The notes below the pieces were generated by a model, which had not been told where the DNA came from, did no database searches, and worked only from the letters and a program-made list of their open reading frames with translations. A stretch of DNA of 64,000 bases from Phaeosaccion multiseriatum. Lineage: Eukaryota > Protista > Ochrophyta, other classes. Position numbers and translations under genes: made by a program. This document shows positions 1 to 8,519 of the stretch, one piece after another. Positions within the stretch are counted from its first letter, which is position 1. Each line of letters starts with the position of its first letter. The stretch is from NCBI GenBank assembly GCA_965112735.1, contig OZ218954.1, positions 2,294,001 to 2,358,000 of the forward strand. Reading direction: 5' to 3'.

Positions 1-832
1 GGAGGGACATCGCAACACGACAATTGTCGCGAACATCTTCACAGCTAGCTGGTTCCGCAATTTAATTGTTCAGCGGCAGAAAACGAAGTGAGTGTAAATC
101 AACAGGAGACGTAGTGCTGTCTTGCGGTACCCATGCCTGGGGGGCATGCTAGCGGGACAGAGCAGGACGGGGATGGGGACGATGCGTTCCCTGATATCTC
201 TAGTCCAGGAGTAGGTGGAGGGGATCCACCTTCTCAACAAGACATGTTTATGCTAATGCAGCAGCAGCAGCAGCAGATAGCAAACCTGACCAACTTATTG
301 GCCAAATTAGACACAGGATCAGCAGCGGGAAGCTCTGTTGTGTCAGGGGCAGGAGGCCCCGGAGGTGCGTCAAGCAGTGGCGGCACCATAGCGGGAGGGG
401 GAGGCAGCACGGGGGGCAGCAGCGGTAGCAGCAGCTCTCTGATTTGTTTGAGCTACAAGTCAAAGGTGCAAACCTTCTCTTCCGAGCTGAAAGAAGGAAC
501 AGTTGTAGAGACAGCCGTTCCTGACAGGACAGCCGTTCCTGACAATGAAAGCGAATCGGAGCGGCAGTTAGCTGCTTACGCGAAAGAACTATTGATGACC
601 GGTTTTGGTGGGGCGAGATGCCCCACTCGGTGAAAGTGGGTATTTTTAGTACCCAATTTTTTTAAAAGTGGGTATTTTTAGTACAGTACCCAATATGGAC
701 CAGTAGCGCCCCTCCCCCCCCCCCTCCTTTTTGGTGTATCTCTCCCCTCCTCCTCCAAAATATACTACGCTATGATATGACGATTTAATGGTATTACCAC
801 GATAACAATGGTATTCATATTTACAGACACAC

Positions 833-1021
833 TTAGTGTCCGTCCTCAATCATGCATGGCATACAGTAGTAGTCAAAATCGCCTTCCGCAAAACCCTTGC
901 TGTCGCAAAACTCGACGGTGCACATGTGGTGCACGAGGTTTCCACACGCTCTTTCGGATGGGCAGAGGAACAGCTTGACTTGCGAGGGCTTAGTACAGCC
1001 ATACGAGCATGTGAAGGCCAT
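833..1021 (-). CDS. PHD/RING-like Cys/His zinc finger, probably the true C-terminus of the Crypton protein
   Basis: C-x3-C...C-x5-C-x4-H-x2-C...C-x2-C (CSYGC..LCPSERAC..HHMC..YYCMPC). This frame is open back to the G6/C3/A7 run at 1151-1166. Confidence 0.7.
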   Translation of the reverse strand: MAFTCSYGCTKPSQVKLFLCPSERACGNLVHHMCTVEFCDSKGFAEGDFDYYCMPCMIEDGH

Positions 1022-1032
1022 GTCTCCCTCTC

Positions 1033-1216
1033 TCAAGCCGCCCAACGACGGCGCTGCTGACGCGGCAGCAGCGGCAGTAGCGGCCGCAGCGGCCGCATCA
1101 GAGGCAGCAGCAGAAGCAGCATCAGAAGCAGTACCAGTACCAGTACGCTGTTTTTTTGGGCCCCCCTTCCCCCACCCCTTCCTCCTCGTCCTCCTCCGGC
1201 TCCGCCTCCTCCTGTT

Positions 1217-1250
<34 letters not shown>

Positions 1251-3892
1251 TGCTGCTGCCACCTCCCTCCTCGTCGTCCTCTGCACCGCTATCACCTCCA
1301 TCCCCCTCCTTCGACTCGTCTGCACCAGTGCCACTTTCCTTCGCCCTCGCCCGCTTCGCCCGTTTTTTCGCGTCCGCCTGCTGCGCGCTCCATAAATTAT
1401 ACACGGTGGTCCACACCAGCTGATTGAAGCGGCGCTTGTGAGAATCAGAACGAGACTTGATGTCAAAGGCGTCTTTGACTGCGTCAAACATGCTTCGCGC
1501 TTCTTCAAGCGTCGGCTTGTCCTTCCAGAGCCCCTTTTCTTTCGCCGCGGATTCAATCGCACCCATCAAACAGCAAAATTTTGACATCCTTCGCTTCTCC
1601 GCCCTCCCCTGCACGTCTGCTGTCGTGAATTCTCGAAGGCGAGGAGTGCCTGTCATCCAAGCATCCCAAGCAGCGCGCACAGTGAAGCTAGGGACCTCAA
1701 AGTGCTCGGGAAGGGTATGCCACCGGCCGTTGTAGAGATACAGAGGTGGCTGATCTGCACCTGCACAAGAAGAAGAAGAGGGCGGGGCGCTGCTCGAACC
1801 CTCACCAAGGCCCAGAGTGCCTGCCTGGTGAGCCGCGAGAAGGTCGCTGAGCCCACTCTTAGAAAAGGCTGCGTCGAGGGTCGTCTGCAGGGCCCTGCTC
1901 ACACCCAGACTGGTGACAGTGCCAGAGGCCTGTGCATTCTCCTCCAGAACGTCACGGATCAGCGTCTCCAAGTCGACCTTGATCGTCTGGCCCAACACCT
2001 CAAGCTTGCCGCCTAGAGAGGCCACGCTGTCCGCCACGACTTGGAATTGCCTCAGCTGCACGACGTGGGGAGGAATCCCGGTTGCAGAAATCTCGTCCGT
2101 CTCGTCCGGATACTTCAGCACGACATGCTCTGAAAGGTCCGCCAGCAACCTTTGATCTCGGAAGAGCTGTGTCGTGAAAAGAGGGTGATTCTCCTGAAGA
2201 GTGCTGCGCAGAAAGCCGGCGTGGTACACCACACTGGCAAGACAGAATTCAGCCACCTTCCTCAATCTCAGCGGCACGTCCCTGAAGCAGCTCACAATGG
2301 CTCCCGCGAGCACGTCTTCAATGCCCTCCTTCGCTGTGCCGTCCACCTTGAGGCGCTGAAAAAAGGGAGGAAGCAATGCAAACTCCTTCGCTGAGATGTT
2401 CGCCCCGGAGGCAGCCCGGCCCACATACTGATCTGCTGCATTGATGGGGTTGAAGTAGATGCCCTGGACGCCGGGAAGAGACCATCCCATTCGAAGTTGC
2501 ACAGCAATTGGGTTGGGAGCAGCGGACGAGCCGCTTGTGACGTGCGAGGCAGCGCCCTTGCGCCCAGAATGAGTGCCGAGGTCCTCTGGAGTCAGCCCCA
2601 TGCCTTCCAAAATGGACGAGTTCGCCGCCGCCGTACGTCTGAGGAAGCCGCAATACCTATCGTACTGATTGTTGCCAGCGAACAGCGCGTTCTTCTCAAA
2701 ACCAAAGCTCAGGAGGTAAACACCAAGCGCGAGGACGGGGCAGATCTCCGGCATGATTGGATTCGCGTAGACGTGGCGAGGATGTCGGGCCTTCTCTCCC
2801 AGCTGGTCGCCCTTTTGCTTCCCAAAATAGACGCAGAGCGCGTCCCCCTTCCACTCGAGATGATCGAGACAAATCTCCACACAGTTGGTGGCGCGGCACA
2901 TCAGATTCCAGGAGAGAACGAGGAAGGGGTGGCCAAAGGCGCCCTGTCTGTGCCCGTTCTCACAGACTGCCGAGCTCAGCATTGCTGCGATGTACACAAG
3001 CGAAGGAAACAGTGGCAACCAAAGACGGCGTCAGGGCTAGGAAGTGAGTGGGGGGCAGTCAATGCATCAGCCACTTGTCTCCACCCACTCCACTAGTTTC
3101 CACTGTCCACTGACTCCACACAGCTGGGAATTTACCTTTGGCAAGAGCGCGGTAGAGAGCGAACGGCATGGGAGCCTTCCCTTCTCTGACTTCGACATTT
3201 CCCTCCTGCTTCTCTCCTGCGATCGTCCTCTTCAGCCCCTTGGTGAGCGTCGCAAGGTCGCTTTGCAATTTGCGGTGCTGCTCCTCCTGATGGTAGTCTC
3301 TGTACAGATTGAAGAGTGCAGAGCGTTTCGACTGTGCACCGGCCTTGGATAAGCCCTTCGGCCCCTTCTTGACTTCAAGCAGCCACCCGAAGAACGCGTC
3401 GGCTGTCAGCAGATGGAACAGCAAAGGGTGCGGCGCCCGAGGTGCTTGGATCAAGTGTGCCTTCACCCGCTTCGTCCACTGCGCCTCAGCCTTCTTCTTG
3501 GCCTTTGCTTGGGCTTTCGCTGCTCTCGACACCTCAGCCGGCGTCTGCTGTGCCGCTGCAGTGGCACCACCCGCTCCGCCAGGTGCGGCGGCTGCTGCGG
3601 CTGCTCCTGCTCTCCTCTGTGCTTCCTCCTCTTCCCCATCTTCCCCGTCTTCCTCCTCTTCCCCCTCCGGTGGAGCAAATGCTGTCCTGAAGTCAGGGTC
3701 CAGAAGCTCCGGGTGCTTGCGGAAGAGGTATCGGATCAGCATCGTGGAGGCGCATGCATATCCACTTCTCGAGCGTGGGGCGATGGTGTTGTTTCGGGGG
3801 TTCTGAATCTGCTGCTGCTCTGCAGTAAGCGGTGCTTCTTCCCCCTCTGCTGCTGGTGCTTCCGGAACCGTAGCAACAGCGACGTCAGCCAT
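1033..3892 (-). CDS. Crypton tyrosine recombinase with GCR1_C-like C-terminal domain (exons 3892-3136, 2984-1033; ~902 aa, or ~969 aa ending at 833 if the -1 frame at ~1151-1157 is used)
   Basis: GT-AG intron 3135-2985 joins ORFs 3059..3892 and 1033..3018 in frame. Catalytic motifs are present: WNLMCRA (R), KQKGDQ (K), GTHSGRKG (HxxR), MGW, QGIY (Y). PEHFEVPSFTVRAAWDAWMTG resembles the GCR1_C domain of CryptonS/F proteins. Confidence 0.9.
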
Positions 3893-4759
3893 GGTATACT
3901 CTGTTCTCCTGCAAATTCACGTGGGAGATGCCCCTCCCACCACTGGCATCAGCTGTTACAGCCGGGTATCGTCCGCGCAGCCGCTGCTCCTCTTACATAG
4001 CTGCACTGTGCAAATATGCTGATGCTGTGAATGAAATAAACTCCACGTGGGGAGGGGGGGGAGAATGCCCCACAACCAAAAAATATTGGATAAAAAACTT
4101 GAAAAACGAGCATTTATGGCCCATAAAATATCCAAAACAATTATTTCGTGGGGCAGGTGCCCCACTTCACGGTACTATTAGACATACGGACTACAGAGAA
4201 CTGGAGCTATTGACAGAGGAATTGGCAGCCTGGACAGAGTTGGAGAAGGCACAATCTCTCATGAAGAAAGTGAGGGAGCGCTATATAGAAGTAGAGAACT
4301 ATGGAAACGTCGAAGACTGTAGTGAAATAGCGGCCTACTGCAGTGAAATAGCGGCCTTTGGAAAGAAGGTAGCGGCTTGGGAGGACTTCGCGAGGCGGAG
4401 GTCTGAGAAGGCTTCATGGGCGGTCGAGGCCGGAGCGAGAAGCTCGAAGGAAGCGCAGATAGCAAATACTAGTGACCCTGGTAGAACCAAGATGTCTGAC
4501 AGGCAATATGGTAGGGTACTGGGGGCGGATGGTGGAACGGATGTGTTTGCTGACACACGTAATACCTGTCCCGGTGATGAGGGTGCATCCCACATCGAAG
4601 GCTGCGTTAGTAGTCTTAGGCTGGGCATACGGAAAAATGGTATGCCGGAGCCAGAAGAAGATAGGACGGATGGTGGAACGGAAGTGTCGGTCGATATTCG
4701 TAGAATCAGTCCTGATAGTGAGGGAGGGCCCCTTACTAATGAAGAGAGAGGGTTGCGTA

Positions 4760-5030
4760 CAGAGCCGGAAGAGGCAAAGCAGCAACTAGCGTGTGCAGAG
4801 CCGGAGGAGGCAGAGCAGCAACTAGAGCGTGCAGAGCCGGAGGAGGCAGAGCAGCAACTAGAGCGTGCAGAGCCGGAGGAGGCAAAGCAGCAACTAGCGT
4901 GTGCAGAGCCGGAGGAGGCAGAGCAGCAACTAGAGCGTGCAGAGCCGGAGGAGGCAAAGCAGCAACTAGCGTGTGCAGAGCCGGAGGAGGCAGAGCAGCA
5001 ATCAGTGCGTGCAGAGTCTGAGCAGACAGA
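4760..5030 (+). repeat. 42-bp coding tandem repeat (~6 copies; AEPEEAEQQLERAE-type)
   Basis: Repeated GCAGAGCCGGAGGAGGCAGAGCAGCAACTAGAGCGT units. Confidence 0.9.
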
Positions 5031-5399
5031 GCCGCAACTGTCTGAGGAGCAACACGTAGAGCCACGGCAGCGAGAGCCGGGGCAAACAGAGTCGATGGCA
5101 GCAGAGGCCGTCCAGACATACCCAGGAGTAGAAAACTCGGTAGGGGTAGGAGAAAGCCGTGGGCTTGTGGGGACTGACCTGAGTCCCACGGAGAGAGAGA
5201 GAATTGGGGAAAGCACGGAGCAGCTGGCGCAGAAGCAGACAGAAGTAGTGCAAGCAGACCGGCACGTAGAGGCAGTGGCACCGACGAGAAAATCTACCGT
5301 GGCTCAGCAGGTAGCATTGGACACTCCGCTGCCGGGCGGGAGAGTATGTGCAGCGTCGTGCAGGGACGGACCCACTCCCGAGAGGGGCAAAGACAGCAG

Positions 5400-5700
5400 A
5401 CAGGCAGAGCCAGCCGCACAGCGGGAGCGGCAGCAGGCAGAGCCAGCAGAGACACAGAGGTGTCCGACAACAGAGCAGCGGCAGGAAGAGCCGGCAGCTC
5501 AGAGAGAGACGAGGCAGGCAGAGCCAGCCGCACAGCGGGAGCGGCAGCAGGCAGAGCCAGCAGAGACACAGAGGTGTCCGACAACAGAGCAGCGGCAGGA
5601 AGAGCCGGCAGCTCAGAGAGAGACGAGGCAGGCAGAGCCAGCCGCACAGCGGGAGCGACAGCAGGCAGAGCCAGCAGAGACACAGATGTGTCCAACAGCA
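5400..5700 (+). repeat. 120-bp coding tandem repeat (~2.5 copies)
   Basis: RQAEPAAQRERQQAEPAETQRCPTTEQRQEEPAAQRET repeated. Confidence 0.9.
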
Positions 5701-6467
5701 GCACAGCAGCAGCAGAGGGCAGAGCCACAGCCGGCAGAGCCACAGCCGGCAGAGCCCCAGCAGGCAGTGTGTCGGACAGAGCGGCAGACAGCGCCGCAAG
5801 AGCGCTGCAGAGAGTGCAGCGAAGGCAGCGTACAGCACAACAGAGAGCAGAGCAGCCAGATCAGGGCAGAGCAGAGCAAGGCAGAGCAGAGCAAGGCAGA
5901 GCAGAACCTGGAACCTATGCAGGCCAGTCGTTATTGGATGTATGAGACAGCCAGGGAGGGCGACAGAGGCGCCCAGGAGACGGACTGGGATGCGGTACCT
6001 ACAGGGAAGTATGGGAGAGGTCAGCGTGGTACGAGGGTTCGGTGCGAGCAAGATCTGTATGGGAGAGGTCAACGCGGAAGCAGGACCAAGGGTGAGCAAG
6101 TTGTGCACACAAGAGGGGGACTGGATTTTGAGTCTTCCTGTAGAGGGGTATATGGGTGCTACGTTGGAGTGGCATGAAGTCTTGGGTGGACATGTGTATG
6201 GGTCACCAGCTAAGACTTGTGAGCAATTGTGGAAGCGCCTAGAGGCAAGTGGCATTGAAGACGAACAGGCTGACTGTGTGATAGCCGGGTGGGTTCGTGG
6301 GTGATGGCCGCTAGCATGGTTGTGAGCGACATAGCATTTGCAAGGAGGAATTGACTCGGCTTATGAAGAAGCCGGGCGGGGCCTGAGCATGGCGAAGCAT
6401 AGAAGCGCTTGTGTGAGTACCCGGGGGTACATTTGGAGAAGCGTTTGAAGGAAAGGGGGGACTCAAT

Positions 6468-6795
6468 TTGGAGGCGTTAGCCGAAGTGAAATGGGCTGCT
6501 GACCTGGACAGTCGGAGCAGTGTTGAGGGACTTGACATTTGCTGGAGGGACGTGTAGTCCAAGCAGCGTGGCAGCAGACTGAGTGAAGGAGTTTCCATTG
6601 TGAAGGACATGAGTTTCTGTGTTCGGAGGCTGATGGGACAGGCACTGTTTTGTATGAAGACGATGAAGGGTGCATTCAGCTGGTCAAGGGGAACGAGAGC
6701 AGTATCTGAACACGGAGGAGCAGCTTGGGGACATCATGACCAAGGCTTTGACTCCACAGGTGCACAAGTACCTGGTTTCGAAGATGTTGAAATAG
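6468..6795 (+). pseudogene. Copia-type RNase H remnant
   Basis: Matches to copia motifs xDWAGDLDxRxS, TVxYEDNxGxI and TEEQLADIxTKAL, in broken frames, ending in TAG at 6793-6795 before the PPT and LTR. Confidence 0.8.
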
Positions 6796-6948
6796 TTTGG
6801 GTTTTAGTTTAGCTTGGGTTAGTCTTGGGATAGCTTGGGTTAGTGATTAGTGATTAGGTACTGAGGTAGCGAGGTTTTACATGCGTTTTACTTGCTATCT
6901 TAGATGTGTTGACTGTTTAGGAGAGAGTGAGTTTCGATCCAAGGGGGG

Positions 6949-7131
6949 TGTTGTGATATGATCATTATTGGGGTCTGTGGGATGCCCAATATTGATAACG
7001 TCCACACTTGGGATCTTCAACTCTGAGGCTCTGGGCCTCGTACTACGTTTATGGTTCTGTTAAAGGGCAATATATATTAGTTGACACACACAACAGCTTA
7101 CGTATCATAGTGCGGGAGGGACATCGCAACA
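6949..7131 (+). repeat. 3' LTR (183 bp) of the copia-like element
   Basis: TG...CA termini with imperfect inverted ends (TGTTGTGAT / ATCGCAACA), PPT immediately upstream, last 17 nt identical to window positions 1-17. Confidence 0.85.
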
Positions 7132-7470
7132 AGGGGTGGGGGAGGGGGGGAGCGAGGGAGGGAGCGAGGGAGGGAGCGAGGGAGCGAGGGAGGGAGAGAG
7201 AGAGGGAGAGAGAGAGGGAGAGAGGGAGGGAGGGAGGGAGGGAGGGAGGGAGAGAGGGAGGAAGAGAGGGAGGGAGGGAGGGAGGGAGGGAGGGAGGGAG
7301 AGAGGGAGGAAGAGAGGGAGGGAGCGAGGGAGGGAGGGAGCGAGGGAGCGAGGGAGCGAGGGAGCGAGGGAGCGAGGGAGCGAGGGAGGGAGGGGGCGAG
7401 GGAGCGAGGGAGGGAGGGAGGGAGGGAGCGAGGGAGGGAGGGGGCGAGGGAGCGAGGGAGGGAGGGAGGA
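7132..7470 (+). repeat. Purine-rich (GGAG/GAGCGAGG)n simple repeat
   Basis: Directly visible G/A-rich tract abutting the 3' LTR. Confidence 0.95.
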
Positions 7471-7492
7471 AGGGGCTGACGACGCGGGCCGG

Positions 7493-7579
7493 ATGGAGGA
7501 GTTGGTAGAGTTGCGTTATAGAGCCAAGCTACTTCGTCGAGACCTGCAGCAACTCGGGGTAAGTACTCTTAAGAGTAGC

Positions 7580-7617
<38 letters not shown>

Positions 7618-8519
7618 CAGGAATAGCTGCAGAGCAGCAACAGTAGTAGCAGCAGTAGTAGCAGCAGCAGGAGCAGCAGCAGCAGTAGTACCTTGACACC
7701 TTGTCATCTCAAAGAACTCCTTTGGCTTGTGGCTTGTTTCCCCTCTTGGCCGACATCAGGTCAAGGAATGGCGGAGCCGCCGCAAGAAGAAGAAGGAGCT
7801 GTCGGACGTGGACGCCAAGATCAGGAAGCTGGACCGAGCCATGGCAGGAGAGCATGGCCAGGACAGAAAGTGGCGCGGTCTCCGTGTGGAGGACCTTCCT
7901 CAGCGCTCTGGCCTCCACGCCAACACCAAGTACGTGGATGTGCTGAATCCCCTGGAGGGGCAGACGGCAGAGTTCCGGCGCGAGGTCAGGGAGTATCTTG
8001 GAAAGCTAACCCCCGAGCAAAGATGGGGAGGGGCCGACCCCGGAGTGCGGACGTTCCTGTCCATCTGGTGTGCCCACACTGGGCGCTTCTTCAGGGTGGG
8101 TCACGGCTTCTCCGCCTCCATGCGGCCGCTGCAGAGGAGGATAGCGAAGCTGGAGAGCCAGGTGTGGCAGGCAGCGCAGGTGAGGAGGATGCGTGCCTCG
8201 CCCAAGTCTCTTGTCGTGGCTGATGTCACTTTCTAATCCCTCCCTCCCTCCCTCCGCCCGCGCACAGAGTGGACAGGACACGCGGGCTCTTCGCCTGGAG
8301 GCGGCCAAGATGCGGGCGCTCTTGCACCACAAGACGCTCGTCCTCCACACGATAGCCATACGGCTCATCGTGGCGAACTTCACGCACTTTGTGTTGCCTC
8401 CTGTCCGAGCCCAGGCATGGTCCAGCCGGCGGGGCCGCCAGATCTCGGGGCTGCCGAGGGATATGGGGAGGGACATGGACGCCCTCTCCATGGGTCTATT
8501 CCGCCAACGGCTCAAGACG
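7493..8519 (+). pseudogene. Fanzor / IS607-TnpB-like RNA-guided nuclease gene, spliced and truncated (exons 7493-7558, 7760-8179, 8268-8519)
   Basis: Phase-0 GT-AG introns join three ORFs. RuvC-I motif GADPGVRTFLSIW, bridge-helix-like LQRRIAKLESQ, then LHTIAIRLIVANFTHFVLPP...MDALSMGLFRQRLK, matching the Fanzor pattern DPGVRTF...LH...L..NF..I.LP...M...S...F.QRL. No convincing RuvC-II Glu, Zn finger or RuvC-III exon was found. Confidence 0.75.

Larger units (their letters stand above)
600..4173 (-). mobile_element. Crypton (CryptonS-like) tyrosine-recombinase DNA transposon, apparently complete
   Basis: 4-bp direct repeat CGGT at 600-603 and 4170-4173. Palindromes GTGGGGC-N5-GCCCCAC (608-626) and GTGGGGC-N4-GCCCCAC (4148-4165) each lie 4 bp inside the repeat. 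Encodes YR + GCR1_C-like protein. Excision restores the host ORF. Confidence 0.9.
133..6177 (+). pseudogene. Long ORF of the LTR element (gag-like N-terminus plus Glu/Gln-rich repeats), split by the Crypton; 133-603 + 4174-6177 = 824 aa when rejoined
   Basis: Removing 604-4173 gives ...K E L L M T G T I R H T D Y R E L..., fusing ORF 133..633 in frame to the 3' part of ORF 3928..6177. Confidence 0.75.
1..7131 (+). mobile_element. Degenerate / internally deleted Ty1-copia-type LTR retrotransposon (5' LTR mostly outside window), interrupted by a Crypton
   Basis: 1-17 (GGAGGGACATCGCAACA) is identical to 7115-7131. The 3' LTR 6949-7131 starts TGTTG, ends CAACA and is preceded by a polypurine tract AAGGGGGG. 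Frameshifted copia RNase H remnants at ~6468-6795: LEALAEVKWAADLDSRSS, TVLYEDDEGCIQLVK, YLNTEEQLGDIMTKAL. No intact integrase or RT is visible. Confidence 0.85.

Noticed and set aside
3928-4173. N-terminus of the 749-aa ORF as a genuine start
   Set aside because: It is chance read-through of the Crypton end; the real 5' part of this ORF is 133-603.
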